A stretch of 62,973 bases of DNA, counting the filler, from Octopus bimaculoides (taxonomy: Eukaryota), in NCBI RefSeq assembly GCF_001194135.2. It is 4 parts of 3 records of this genome, joined end to end, with 100 filler letters (N's around TTAATTAATTAA, not from the genome) between each part and the next. Parts side by side here need not be neighbours in the genome. Positions count along the whole stretch, not along the records: positions 1 to 26,199 come from NC_069003.1; positions 26,300 to 46,572 come from NC_068984.1; 2 more parts are not named here. The stretch is one strand, 5' to 3'. A program made the translations under genes and the position numbers. The notes under the pieces are model-generated. The model was given only the letters and a program-made list of their open reading frames with translations. It was not told where the DNA came from and searched no databases. This document shows positions 23,748 to 36,932 of this stretch, one piece after another (position 1 is the first letter of the stretch; each line of letters starts with the position of its first letter).

Positions 23748-24619
23748 AATAAGGATAAGATCGGTATTTAAAATATTGATCTTATCAAGTGGTCAGCATG
23801 GGAATAAAAACCATCAAAGGTAATAATTATTTAAAATTATAATACAGGGTATCAAGGGATACCACCACGCTGAAAAAATAGCAGTCAAATCCTGACTNNN
23901 NNNNNNNNNNNNNNNNNNNNNNNNNNNNNNNNNNNNNNNNNNNNNNNNNNNNNNNNNNNNNNNNNNNNNNNNNNNNNNNNNNNNNNNNNNNNNNNNNNNN
24001 NNNNNNNNNNNNNNNNNNNNNNNNNNNNNNNNNNNNNNNNNNNNNNNNNNNNNNNNNNNNNNNNNNNNNNNNNNNNNNNNNNNNNNNNNNNNNNNNNNNN
24101 NNNNNNNNNNNNNNNNNNNNNNNNNNNNNNNNNNNNNNNNNNNNNNNNNNNNNNNNNNNNNNNNNNNNNNNNNNNNNNNNNNNNNNNNNNNNNNNNNNNN
24201 NNNNNATATATATATATATATATATAAAAGCATATAGACAGACAAACAGGCAGACAAATAGATAGATAAGTATGCAAAATATAGACACAGATGTACATAT
24301 GTACAAATACACATGCATACATACATGCCTTGATGTGTACAGATATACAAATACATCCTTAGAGACGAAAAAACAAACTTTGCTTGAGTTGTCATATTTC
24401 ACATTATTATTGGAAATCATGTTATTGATTATATCCAATAAGCTCTACAGCGTTTATCTTTGAAATGAGGAATTATAAGCGTTTTATTGGATAAATCTAA
24501 CATTATCGCATGAGGATTATAAGCAACATCAATGCTGCTCAGGCGGCAGGCGTAAATGTATTATATAATACATAATACATATTTAAATATTCGCAGTCGC
24601 CCGAGTTATAATATAGTTA

Positions 24620-24796
24620 CTGTATTTTAACGTGTATAAAAAACCCTCGTGTATAAGGAACCCCCTAATTGAGGGAGCTTAAAATTATGAAAAAACATTT
24701 TGTAAGGGATTATAATACTATTCATGTATAAGAAACTCCTATATTTTTTAACCAAATTTTGACAAAAAAGGATTCCTTATACACGTTAAAATACGG
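24620..24796. mobile_element. Tc1/mariner-pogo (Tigger-like) MITE, 177 bp, TA target duplication
   Basis: TA|CTGTATTTTAACGTGTATAA ... TTATACACGTTAAAATACGG|TA: 20-bp TIR with one mismatch, TA on both flanks, and a subterminal direct repeat GTGTATAA. Confidence 0.88.
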
Positions 24797-24965
24797 TAAG
24801 TAAAAAGACAAATGGTAAGTAAACAACTCCCTACTTGAATGGACCACAATACCACGAAACTAGTCTTTAAAATGACTTAACAGATCCAATCAGGTGGTGC
24901 TATTAAGTTCTACATGGGCTGGGCAAATTTTTGGCCCAAACATAAGTCTATTTAAGTTTATAGTA

Positions 24966-25176
24966 TCGGTTTCAAATTTTGGCACAAAGCCAGGAAATTC
25001 AGAAAGTGGGTAAGTCGATTGCATCCAGCCTCAGAGCACAAGTGGCACTTATTTTATCGACCCGAAAGGATGCAGGGCAAAATCGACCTCAGCGGAATTG
25101 AATTCAGAACGTAAAGACGGACGAAATGCTGCTAAGCGTTTTTGTCCGGCGTGCTAACGATTCTGCCAGCTCGCCG
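24966..25176 (-). mobile_element. SINE family C copy
   Basis: Reverse complement reads GGCGAGCTGGCAGAATCGTTAGCACGCCGG...GTTCTGAATTCAATTCCGCTGAGGTCGATTTTGCCCTGCATCCTTTCGGGTCGATAAAATAAGTG. Confidence 0.9.
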
Positions 25177-25199
25177 TTTTACTTAAGTTTTTAATTTTG

Positions 25200-25404
25200 G
25201 CTTCTAATTTTGGCACGAGGGCAGATAGAGGGATTAAGTCGATTACATCGAACCCAGTACGCAACTGGTAGTTAATTTATCGACTCCGAAAGGATGAAAG
25301 GCAAAGTCGGCCCCGGCAGAATCTGAACTCGGAACGTAAAGACAGACGAAATACCCCAAAACATTTTACCCGCGTGCTAACATTTCTGCCAACTTGCCAC
25401 CTTT
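25200..25404 (-). mobile_element. SINE family C copy, head-to-tail with the 24966 copy
   Basis: Reverse complement reads GGTGGCAAGTTGGCAGAAATGTTAGCACGCGG...GAGTTCAGATTCTGCCGGGGCCGACTTTGCCTTTCATCCTTTCGGAGTCGATAAATTAACTACCAG. Confidence 0.9.
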
Positions 25405-25790
25405 GAAACCATCTGAATATTGGAAAAGAGTTTTCTATATCATGGTTATTCGCTCCGGGTATCAAAATGCAGATATCATGCATGTTGCTGAATGCTCTAT
25501 GAACACTGTAAAGGCTGTAAAATGTGATATGACAGCTACAACGGAGATTACAAAACCGTGGCCTGCAGGAAGGGACACAGCAGACGTTCTGACTGAGTCC
25601 CAACGTCGGTGTTAATCAAGCAACTGATGAACAGGGTCTTAGACTCAATTCAGACGGCTATGTGAAGCTGCTGAAGACTGTGATTAATCTCTGGCTGGAA
25701 AGGGTTGCCGTTGAGAGGCCATAAGTGTGGCGGCAGGATCCTTGCCATGCCTCCGGAAAGTCTCAAAACATGTTACTCCATATATAAAGA
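25405..25790 (+). pseudogene. Internally deleted IS630/Tc1/mariner transposase remnant
   Basis: An N-terminal HTH-like stretch (KPSEYWKRVFYIMVIRSGYQNADIMHVAECSMNTVKAVK) is followed by a catalytic-domain piece LRLNSDGYVKLLKTVINLWLERVAVERP*VWRQD-PCHASGKSQ (the FQQD.AP.H motif). Confidence 0.8.
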
Positions 25791-26300
25791 TTTGGTTCAA
25801 AGCTCAGGACAACTAGATTCTCCCGACATTGCCTAGAAAATTTTTACATCTCGATAATACCATTCAGCTGACCTGCAGGATGTCAGATTCAACGTCTTTT
25901 ACAGATGGCACACATCGTTCGTTGGTTCTTTCTAGAGCTAACAAGGTGAGAGAACAACAGAGAATGAGTGAGTGAGAGAGAGAGAGAGAGATAGAGAGAG
26001 AGAGGATGATAGAAAGAGAGAGTGAGGAAGAGAGGGAGGAGAGAGAGATAGTGAAAGAATTATCTTGAAATATGCTGAGATGTTAATCTATTAGTGGTTT
26101 AGTTCCAATAAACACTGCTAAGTATATAATAGCCAATATAATTAGGTGTCTTGTTTCAAAATTGCATTCCAACACACACACACACGCACAAATATATATN
26201 NNNNNNNNNNNNNNNNNNNNNNNNNNNNNNNNNNNNNNNNNNNTTAATTAATTAANNNNNNNNNNNNNNNNNNNNNNNNNNNNNNNNNNNNNNNNNNNNG

Positions 26301-26520
26301 TTTATCATAGCAGCCCAAGATCAATGCCTAACTACAAAGAACTACCAGGCCAACATATTAAAGAACGGCAGCTCCCCATTATGTCGTATATGCCAACAAC
26401 AAAATGAGACCATCGATCATGTTGTCTCCATATGCAGTCTGCTTGCGCCTACAGAGTATCTCAACAGTCATGATAGAGCTGCACAATATATTCACTGGGT
26501 AATATGCAAAAACCTGAACT

Positions 26521-26522
<2 letters not shown>
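26301..26522 (+). pseudogene. R4/Dong-clade retrotransposon fragment: CCHC zinc-knuckle region upstream of the endonuclease
   Basis: Open 74-codon frame FIIAAQDQCLTTKNYQANILKNGSSPLCRICQQQNETIDHVVSICSLLAPTEYLNSHDRAAQYIHWVICKNLNL, with the AAQDQ, CRxC, ETxxH, C and (R)HD motifs. Confidence 0.9.
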
Positions 26523-26551
<29 letters not shown>

Positions 26552-28435
26552 GTGTGTGTGTATAATATTATGTATTTTATAGAACTTATGGTCTATTTAC
26601 GAAGTCCTCATCCGAAAGAATGCAAAAAATTTTTAATCCTGACCGGTAATGTACCCCTGAAATGGCCGTAGATGGAACACCCTCCTATTTTTCAGATATT
26701 TTTTGTTTGTTGTTCTTAACCTTGATAACGTGCATCTTTTTTTTTATCTAATATCTTAGATGTATTAAGAAATTTTAGACGATTTAGGCGGTCTTTCATT
26801 TTGAAGTTTTTTATTTCTATAGTTATCAACCTCTAATTCGTTGTGTGCCTCCTATATTTATCACGCATAGTTCTTTTACATGTAATCCTTATTTATATGT
26901 GATTTTATATGTATTTTTATATACTTTTATATTTCTTCTATATTTTTATGTATGTTCTGTTTTATTATTTATGCCCTTTGAGAATCTTTACGCCTGTAAA
27001 TGCATGATTTATGTTGATGTGTATAAATATATATGATTCAATTACATTGATTGAATATCTTCATTTATGCGTTCGGGAATTTATTTGACTGCCTAGGCTT
27101 TGCGTTTTCATTTTCCACTGCTATTATATTATATTATATTATATTATATTATTGTATTATATTATATCATATTATATGTATATATATGTTTTTGAGAGGG
27201 TATTACTTTGGTGAGTAGTGCGAAGTATGTGGACATCGTATGTCTATGGCCATTGGGTGTGTTATAAGCTGCCAACTAAGACTTTTAGAAATCGAAACCC
27301 AATTATCTTTAATCATTCTTGCATGAATCCTGAAATGACACAGTGCCAGCACTGTATAAACTCTACTAAATCTTTGTATATACAACACATATTGATTACT
27401 AATGAGAAACCTTTCAAACAACTGCAAAATAAACGCATGTTTACTTCTAAGTCTGCTTTACCTAAAACAACTCTAAAAATCTTGCCTGATCAAACCGGAA
27501 AATGATTTCCAAAATACTTCGTTCTACACTCACACTCTAGAAGTATACGTTCTTTCGGCCTACTCTATGCAACCTTCCAGCACAGCTATTTCGCCTTTCC
27601 TCCGATAATCGTACTTGTATCACATCTGATTTTCATACACATCACTCCACTCAAATATATCGCTCCCTCTACACTTAAGAAAAAACATATGATGTAGATC
27701 TTACAAGGGCGGAGAATATTCAGGCTATTTCATTCTAGTGCATTGCATATTCATTTATTGTTATAACATAATAATAACAGACAGAGTAAAGTTCAGAAGA
27801 CTATAGCAAAAAACTATAATACGATGCTTAGGATCTATAATGCAAGAATTACATTGATTGTTTTTTGAAGGTGTCGTGAACACACACACACACGCACACA
27901 TATATATGTTCACGACATCGTATATTTATATNNNNNNNNNNNNNNNNNNNNNNNNNNNNNNNNNNNNNNNNNNNNNNNNNNNNNNNNNNNNNNNNNNNNN
28001 NNNNNNNNNNNNNNNNNNNNNNNNNNNNNNNNNNNNNNNNNNNNNNNNNNNNNNNNNNNNNNNNNNNNNNNNNNNNNNNNNNNNNNNNNNNNNNNNNNNN
28101 NNNNNNNNNNNNNNNNNNNNNNNNNNNNNNNNNNNNNNNNNNNNNNNNNNNNNNNNNNNNNNNNNNNNNNNNNNNNNNNNNNNNNNNNNNNNNNNNNNNN
28201 NNNNNNNNNNNNNNNNNNNNNNNNNNNNNNNNNNNNNNNNNNNNNNNNNNNNNNNNNNNNNNNNNNNNNNNNNNNNNNNNNNNNNNNNNNNNNNNNNNNN
28301 NNNNNNNNNNNNNNNNNNNNNNNNNNNNNNNNNNNNNNNNNNNNNNNNNNNNNNNNNNNNNNNNNNNNNNNNNNNNNNNNNNNNNNNNNNNNNNNNNNNN
28401 NNNNNNNNNNNNNNNNNNNNNNNNNNNNNNNNNNN

Positions 28436-28551
28436 GTAGACTGGAGCAACGTGAAATAAAGTGTCGTGCTCAAGGAAACAACGCGTCGCCGGGAATCGAA
28501 CTCATGACCTTACGATCGAGAGCCGAATACTCTAACCAATAAGCTTCGCAC
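28436..28551 (-). mobile_element. SINE head A fragment
   Basis: Reverse complement matches 11033-11150 (GAGTTCGATTCCCGGCGACGCGTTGTTTCCTTGAGCACGACACTTTATTTCACGTTGCTCCAGTC). Cut by an N-gap. Confidence 0.88.
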
Positions 28552-30912
28552 GTACACACACACAGACACATATGTTTGTATCTATCTATGTATCAATGAC
28601 ATTCCCAGTATAATATTTATGAATGCTCAAATATAAATCATATCAAATTGTAGAAATCAATTGTTTCTGAATTTTTAATGTATATCATTTTGTGATGATG
28701 TACTTTCAGAGGAACTTATTCTGTGGCAAGGACACGCGCATATATATATATATAACAAAAGTGTGTGCGTAAATGTATTTGTTCACACACTCACACACAC
28801 ATATAGACACGCTGTCCCACTAAACCATACACATATATTTATTTGTACTTCATTTTACACTAATATATATGAATACATGATTATATATTGCGATACCTTT
28901 GTATATACTTGTAAATGTGTGCGTGTATGTGTGTATGTATGTGTGTGAGTATTCGAAATTGCTTATGTAGTAGCTTGGAAACTATAGTTAAATTATGTAT
29001 GCAGTTGTATTCAAATGTATGTGTAAATATCTGGGTATATGCGTATGTATGTTTGATTTATGTATTTTTTATGTTCATTGCTTACGTATTATTATAAATA
29101 TCATTGCTATAAATTTAATAAAGTGTACGCTATTGTTACTTTAGTCTGATATTTCATATGTTCATATCCAACAACTTAGTTCCTATATTGTAATCATCGA
29201 TCGCATTCTATTTTGTGATGTTCCTTCGTATTTGTACTTGACAAATAAAATCATGTATAATACGCCTGGTTCCTTTGAAGTATTTGACAGTATTCTCTGA
29301 ATGCAACATATATGGAGACAATCGAAATTTGTTTGGAAACCAGAATACACCCGAAGGGTGAATACTTTTGGTACAATCTGTAAGAGGCGAATGCAAGAAT
29401 ATAAACACAATTCATCTGATTCTTGCTGATTCAGTTTTCAATGGTAGCTCGTATGAGTTGGTTACATATGAAAAGGGTATAATGACTATGCAAATTTCAT
29501 AACGTATTGATTGTACCCATTTAACTGATGTTCCTTTCTCTATTTCTGCATAAAATAAACAATCTAGATCATCGCTGCAAATTATTTAAATTCGTTTCCC
29601 CTCAGCAAATTTTAAACACAATTACACTTGAGTTTAGCCAAAGCAGAATAAAAGGACATTTGCTTTGAGCAACATTTAACATAATATGAATTAGTATCAC
29701 CGTAGCATTGTGGAGCTATCATTACAGTTATACCATGCACATAGTATGTCAACAATACCACAGAATACATAGAAACACAGAAGGGATACATGAATGTACG
29801 GGAACACACACTCACAAATCAGTAAACACTTCAGAAACAAAACCGCAATATGCTACACAATGCGAGTGAAACATACTCAAAACATATTATAGAATTCATT
29901 CATTAATTTGGGTGTCAAGCTCTTTTGGTAGCGCCGATTTCCAGTTTCCATTTTTGAGCAGTACAGAAAAAAATAACACCCTCGATACTCAGAATCGATA
30001 AAGCGGTAACTTTTATCTCCCCGACTAAAAATATAGATACATTCTGACTATGTATGTATGTATGTATGTATGTATGTATGTATGTATGTATATATATACA
30101 TTCTCTTCTGTTCTAAATTATTTAAATTCTTCCTCTGAGGATGGAGCTGGAATCAACCAGTGATACAAATCTCCATATTTGGAATGTAAATAAGAAAATC
30201 AATGAAAATTAATGTTTCGTAGTGAGCTTCAGATAAGCCTTGCCTACTTCTACTTTTCCACATAAAAATTGCTTTTCTAATGTGCCAAATTTTACTGAAA
30301 ACCTTGGCTTATACATACTGTCGTTTACGCATTTACTCACAAAACACAAATGCCCCAAATACTATTAGTATAATTGTGAATTTATAACTTTGTTAGATAC
30401 GTTGAAGATTTCGAAGCATTTGTCTAGAGTTATCTCGCTTTCTCTTTGATTTTCTAAGAGATATTGGCATCAGCAGGACAGCTGGCTACTATGAGGGTAC
30501 ATATGTTTTCTTTCTATCTCAAACAGCAATATCTAGCCTGTTATACGTACACTTGACAGAGGTTTTGATAGGAGTGTTCCACTAGTGTTGTTTGTGTTGA
30601 TGTGTCTGCATGTATTCAATAACAAGGGGATACTCTATGCTTAATCCAGGAAAGTCCTTTTTTCTCCGAATGACAGTGTATATTGTTTTTGCGACCACGT
30701 CAAGTCGCATAGGGAAGTAGCACTCTCAGTACACTTTCGTGTAGCTGCTAAAGACGTGTAATATATTCCAAAGAAGTATGACATAATCAACATTTTCGAT
30801 TGCATCTTGCAGGACCAAGCACTTCATGCACCTTTTGTTTATAAGGTATTTCGTAGTAGGTATGTATATATGTATATATGTATGTATGTATGTATGTATG
30901 TACGTTTGTTTG

Positions 30913-30943
<31 letters not shown>

Positions 30944-31006
30944 GTATGTATGTTTGTATGTATGTATGTATGCATGAAAATATGCAACTATGTGCGTAAG
31001 TATGCA

Positions 31007-31360
31007 TCTTATATATAAATGATACATCTTATATATAAATGCATCTTATACAGATGTATCTTATATATAAATGACAATTTCTGGTTTCTGTCTGTCTGTA
31101 CCATCTTACTCCCTAAATTAGCGAACCAATCTTCATGAAACTTTCCATACATGTTAAAGTAACACCCGATTCAATAGTAGGCTAATTNNNNNNNNNNTTA
31201 GCGAACCAATCTTCATGAAACTTTCCATACATGTTAAAGTAACACCCGATTCAATAGTAGGCTAATTATATTTCAATAACAATCTATTATGTGCTCCCTA
31301 GAGGGTTGGGCAAATTATATGATAAAATGTGTAATTCAGAAGCAACGATAATATATATAG
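31007..31360 (+). mobile_element. Non-autonomous Helitron-like element with reiterated 5' terminus
   Basis: A|TCTTATATATAAATG starts followed by (CTGT)n and TTACTCCCTAAATTAGCGAACCAATCTTCATGAAACTTT, resembling 5' ends of small invertebrate Helitrons. The 3' end is degraded. Confidence 0.55.
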
Positions 31361-31625
31361 AAACTCTTACAGATTTATGTTGCTCTGTGGATTTTGAATA
31401 ACCATGAACGTGCTGGTGACAATTCATCTCCATTTACTATGCACTCTACATTAACATGTTAGGCTATTTCGAAATATAAGACCAAATCACATTCATGGCA
31501 GCTGTTAAAAGACCCCGTTTTCCGTCGCTGTTACAATAGAACAAAAAGGGAATATTAAGAGCTTGTCTTTGGTTGTTAAAGAGGCTCTACTTCACTACTT
31601 TCACATTTTATTATACAATTATCTA

Positions 31626-31825
31626 AGGTGGCGAGCTTATATTATCGTTTGTGCTTCAGGCAAAATGATCAGTCGTATTTCGTCCGTTATTACTTTCTGA
31701 GTTCAAATTCCGCTGAGCTGAAATTTGCCTTTCATCATTTCGGGATTCGATAAAATGAGTACCAGTGAAATGCTAGTCCCTTCCTCTAAACTTTCAAGCC
31801 TTGTGACTTTAGTAGAACATATTAT
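31626..31825 (+). mobile_element. Diverged SINE family C copy
   Basis: AAGGTGGCGAGC...TTCTGAGTTCAAATTCCGCTGAG...TTTGCCTTTCATCATTTCGGGATTCGATAAAATGAGTACCAG. Confidence 0.82.
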
Positions 31826-32558
31826 GCACTTATCAAACAAAAACTGATTATTTATATTCTGTATTTAAAAATATAGCAGCGAATAACTCTCTATAGATTA
31901 TATAAACTTGGACAAAATTGAGTTCTTCCTAGTTTGCATAACATTGACAGCAGTATGAAGGGAAGTAATAAATTAATAGTGCATAATGCAGACTTTTGTC
32001 ACAATATTTTTAAATGCAAGATACAGTACATGAGGGTTTGCGAGTTACAGAATACATAATTGAGTTTTATAAACTCGATGCATTCCAGATGACTCTATCT
32101 GAATTTAGAATATTCAGAAATATTGATCATTCTCTGTAGTTCAAAAATTGGATTAATGGCTGTAAACAAATACGAACTGTGACACTTTTAGAACTAGCTT
32201 CAGATTTCCGAAGCTCAGTAGGTTTTTTGTGAGATTCTCCTAACAGATAACACGAATTCCAAAGGTGTGAGCGAGCAGATATATTGTTTAGAGAAGTTTT
32301 TCATGGATAAGATCTAGATTTTCTTTCCCATAATTACAATCGTGTTGCTTATGGATAGTCACCTGAAGGCTTTGCATTATGAACTAGCTTCAAACGCACA
32401 TACTACCTAAAAGCTTGTACTCAGCACAAAGATTTTCATCACAGACGTAATTATTACCCCTTCCCAACCCACACACGCATTCACACATACACACAGAATC
32501 ACCTTGAATCCACCCATGAATACACATACACATATATACCTCTATGCACTTATATATA

Positions 32559-32770
32559 CAGGGTGCTCCAAAAGTAGATTTACATTCATCACGTAGGCAC
32601 TTTAAATTTCCTTCAAAACATTTTATTACATTTAAATGTCTATCATATAATTAACTAAATTAGCATAGAATGATGGTTTCATATTTTTTCATAATTAAGA
32701 TATAAACTGTTAGTATATGAATGCAAAAGAGATACTTGAATAACTGTAAACCTACTTTCGAGCCACCCTA
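32559..32770. mobile_element. Old Tc1/mariner-type MITE (about 212 bp)
   Basis: TA|CAGGGTGCTCCAAAAGTAGATTTACA versus TGTAAACCTACTTTCGAGCCACCCTA: 26-bp imperfect TIR (about 20/26). Confidence 0.65.
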
Positions 32771-34585
32771 TTTGCGTATACATATGTGTGCGTGTGTATA
32801 AAAAATGTTGACGGGGTAGTGAATTGTACAGCTGCGAATAAGAATTAATCATATTTTCTTCAATTTTGTGCAACAAAATTTCCATTTCTTTTTATTTCTC
32901 TATAGAGCGTTCGGTCGCCACTCTGAATTATTTATAATTACATATAATTATTCGTTAGGAGATATTCTTCGATTAAGTTGAGTTGAAATGTACTCTTCTT
33001 AGTTCATCTGAGTTTTATTACCATACGCTCATGTGTGTGAGTGTGTGTGTATTCGGATGATATATATTTATATGTGTATATGTGCATATTCGTGTGTATG
33101 TACGTTCTTATCATATGAGTGTGTGTGTTTATGAAAATCTTAAAGCGTGTGGGATACAACAATCATATATTATTGAAGGGAGTATTTGAGATTTTACTTT
33201 TAGCTTCATAGCTTGACTTGAAAATATTGTTTTGTCTTTTTTTTTTGTCACACTACTGATTTCTCCAGTATGGCTTGTAACTTTTCCTTAAGCTCATTTC
33301 TGAGTTATATTTAGATAAATATGAATCACGATAAATTATGTTCAGTTCCCGTGTCTTATTGCATCCAGTATACTCATGAATAGTACACTCTTGCTTATGC
33401 TAGCAAAGTCAAGCACATTTTACAAAGACAATGTTGCCTAACTGGAGCATGGGTATGTGGGTTTGTACCTATCATCTCTGTCTCTGTTCTAGTCAGTATG
33501 GTAGAATTTTTTGTGTCACTATAGGCCTACCTATATGTGGAAGACCTGGCACCTGTAACTGAATTTTGCATCTCACTTTGTCGATGTCTTTCTATTGCTG
33601 TTTTTCATGAATTGCGATTTACTTCATCAACAAGCACGCAAATCAACTCACCTCAATCAAAAGCAAATTTAAGTACCGATCGCTTGCAAAAACTAGACTG
33701 ACGGTGACCCGCTATATTGAAATGTGTGTGTGTGTTCAATGATTTCGTGTGTCGTTTGCGTTTCATCTGGCATGTGATATTCGTGATATAGCTAGTGGGT
33801 TGTCCGTATTGGAACATATCCGTGTATATGCCTGTATTTATGTGTGTGTGATCCTACCTGTATTTGTTTTCGTCCACGCGAATGTAAATATAAATATAGT
33901 TATATATATATATATAATTACAATTTAATTTGAATTATACACATATTTATGTGGTATTCAAATGATGTACCAGTCAATTAGATGTTTTACACACCGCTTT
34001 GAAGGAATTTTTTCTTTAGCTTGGCACTTTATATCTATAAACGTAGACACACACACACAGACACACATACATATATATATATACCTTATGTAAAATAAAA
34101 CTCTGAGTGTGTGTATAGACTTTTCACGTGAAAACGGCCGCGCGAATTGCATCCTAACTTGGGATGTATGAATAATTTCACCACGGAGGCAGCAGGGGGT
34201 CTTCAGATTATTTTTCCATTAGAAATAAATAATGTTGCTTTATATATATGCTTCACTTATTTAAAAATAGTTCTGAATGTCAACTTCCGGTATAGATGTA
34301 GCAACGGCGAAATTTTCCGTTTTCATTTGCACAATCTCTCACTCTCTAATTTGATGTTTTCATTTCAAACGTTAATTCACTATTTTCAAACAACTACGAT
34401 AAATAACTGAAATAAATACTAAGTTCACAAATTTAGATATGCGGTACAAAAGCTTTTATTTATGTGATTTTTTTTCATTTCCTGTTTATTTCATTCATTC
34501 TTTGCAATGTTGTTTCTCCTCACCTTTTCTCACACGCACACAAGCCAGTCACACATGCACATGTGTGTTATTGTAAGGACGTTTG

Positions 34586-34646
<61 letters not shown>

Positions 34647-35099
34647 GTGTGTATGTGTATGTTTGTGTGCGAGAGAGAGAGACAGAGAGAAAAAGTGTGA
34701 GTCAGACAGGGGTGTGTTGTCATGTATACGTACATACATAAATACATATGCATTTATCTTTTTGTATTATGTGTCCAAGACAGAAAGAGAAATAGATAGA
34801 TAGTGATTTCAAGTGGCATTCAGTCTCTCTCTAACACACACACATGCACACATACATACAAAACAGATGTATGCGTATTTATTTATGGGTGTACATTACA
34901 TGACAACACACCCCTCTTTTTCTCTCACTCACCCGTCCATTTCATATGATGTTTGATACTGTATGTATGTGTGTGTGTGCGTGCATGCGTGTGTGGGCAT
35001 TCCACGATCATCATTTATTTCAATCCCTCTTGTGAATTTATTCACATAACACACGTTTTCATTTAATCCACATTTCACTTTTTTCTGAAAATGAATCCG

Positions 35100-35830
35100 A
35101 GAACAACGTTCTCACACTGTACAAGAGGTGTCTGGGTGGATGTAAATAATCAACATTCTACAGTGAAGCAAAGACGAGTAAAGGTAGCTAGAGTCACTGT
35201 TGAAGTCTGCCACTCCATTAACTCTATCAGATATGATTGCAAATATATAAACAAATGTTTAGATGCTTCAACACTCTTATGCAGAATGGCAGTCAACCAA
35301 AAAAGAAGAAAGACGAAGATGCACAGTATGATAGAGGAAAATGCATCAGTACCAATGAGACTTTTTGACGTATTTTCAATTTTCCCATTCATGAGAGGCA
35401 CCCAGACATCATTCATATGAGTGTCCATCTAGAGAATGGTCACAGGGTTATCTTTACATAACAAATAACCTCGGAACAAGCTCTTTCTCCAAAAGAAACT
35501 ACCCTTACTGCCGTTTTTAAGTTTTCAAGCAGATGAAGATGCAAGAAAATTCCTTTACCCACAATTATCTACATATTACACCTGGAGAAGCAATAAATTA
35601 GACAAGAAGAAATGTGGGGTTGATGATCTTGCAAGAGTTTACATTACCCCACCCTACATACACACAAACCAAGCAAAATGCCAAAAACAAACCGTCAAAT
35701 TAGTGATTTAACTTCAAGGGACATACAAGAGAGACAAATTATGACATCACAGAATTGGCTGCATTTGTGAATGAACATGAAATTAAACTTCTTGCAGGAC
35801 AACGCTGTGCATATAATAAAATTGTTCGCT
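35100..35830 (+). pseudogene. Helitron Rep/helicase ORF fragment (end of Rep, linker, start of PIF1-like helicase), internally deleted
   Basis: Translates VTVEVCHSINSIRYDCKYINKCLDA; DEDAQYDRGKCISTNETF*RIFNFPIHERHPDIIHMSVHLENGHRVIFT; PKETTLTAVF; DEDARKFLYPQLSTYYTW; LARVY; TNYDITELAAFVNEHEIKLLAGQRCAYNKIV. These are typical Helitron motifs in the right order. Confidence 0.92.
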
Positions 35831-35844
35831 TTTTATTACCATTT

Positions 35845-36932
35845 CTAGCAGAGATACCCGGCGTTGCTTGGAATTAAAACGGCATAGTTTGTACATATAG
35901 TTCACATTTATGTTGAAATAGATGATACAGAAAAGTGCAGCATTGACGACAAAATATTTGTGGAGTAAATGTTAAAGTTGTGCATATATGTCAATTTCAG
36001 TGTAGCTCACCAATTTCGACAGAGTTATAATTTTTATAAGAATGGAATGAATCATATCTGAAAGTAGCAGCAGGTGTTGTGAAGAACGAATTTGTACGTT
36101 GTCTGTTTTGGAGAGCTATTGTGCTGGACATGTGTGTAATCGGGCATGTTATACGTTGTCTTAAGGATTCAGCATTAAGCGCTACAGCAGCACACCCTTG
36201 CTAATCTTCGGAAAGTCTCATCTCCGTTCTCACTTGAGACTCCATCTGATGGGCTGCAGCATGCCTCGGCTGATCTTGAGAATGTCTCATTACCCTTCTG
36301 TCTTGAAACTACATTTGATGTGCTGCTTTATTGATCTTCAGAACGCCTCATTCCCTTCTGTCTTGGGACTTCCATCAGACATGCTACATGTTTTTGCTGA
36401 TGTTGAGAAAGTCTCCTCCACACTCTCTCTTAAGACTGTATTTGACGTGGTGCCTCATGCGCTTAGTGATATTTGGAAAGTGGCATGTCCCTTCTGTATT
36501 GATACTCCCTCTGACGTGCTGCAACATGCCTTTGCTGATCTTGAGAATGTCTTATGTCCTTTATATCTTGAGACTATCGCCTTCGGTTTTTTTTTACAAA
36601 CCTCCTTGCTTTATAAGTGTTTCTAGAGAGATTACGTTTTGTCTTTGGATGCATGATTTGTTTTTCATTGGAAACCCAAAATGATGTACTTAGAAAAAAA
36701 ATATTCATTAATATCTCTTTTTGTAAGCCGTTGAATGAATGTAATATGTGTATATTTTAATCGAGTATTACTGTATGTATATTATAGTCTACCATCGAAT
36801 TACTTTCTCTTTTTAACAACGTAATTAAATTTTTATACGCATGCACACGCAATCCCACGCACACGCACACACAAACATCCATACAGACAGACAGACACCC
36901 ATATATACAATTATATATTTACTTATAAATAG

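Noticed and set aside
31118-31267. Perfect 70-bp direct duplication (31118-31187 and 31198-31267)
   Set aside because: The copies are separated by exactly 10 N, the signature of an unmerged contig overlap.
36190-36590. Regularly spaced repeats as a CRISPR-like array
   Set aside because: Units are contiguous, degenerate and codon-length (69 bp), with no unique spacers or cas genes. They are a Helitron coding repeat in eukaryotic DNA.
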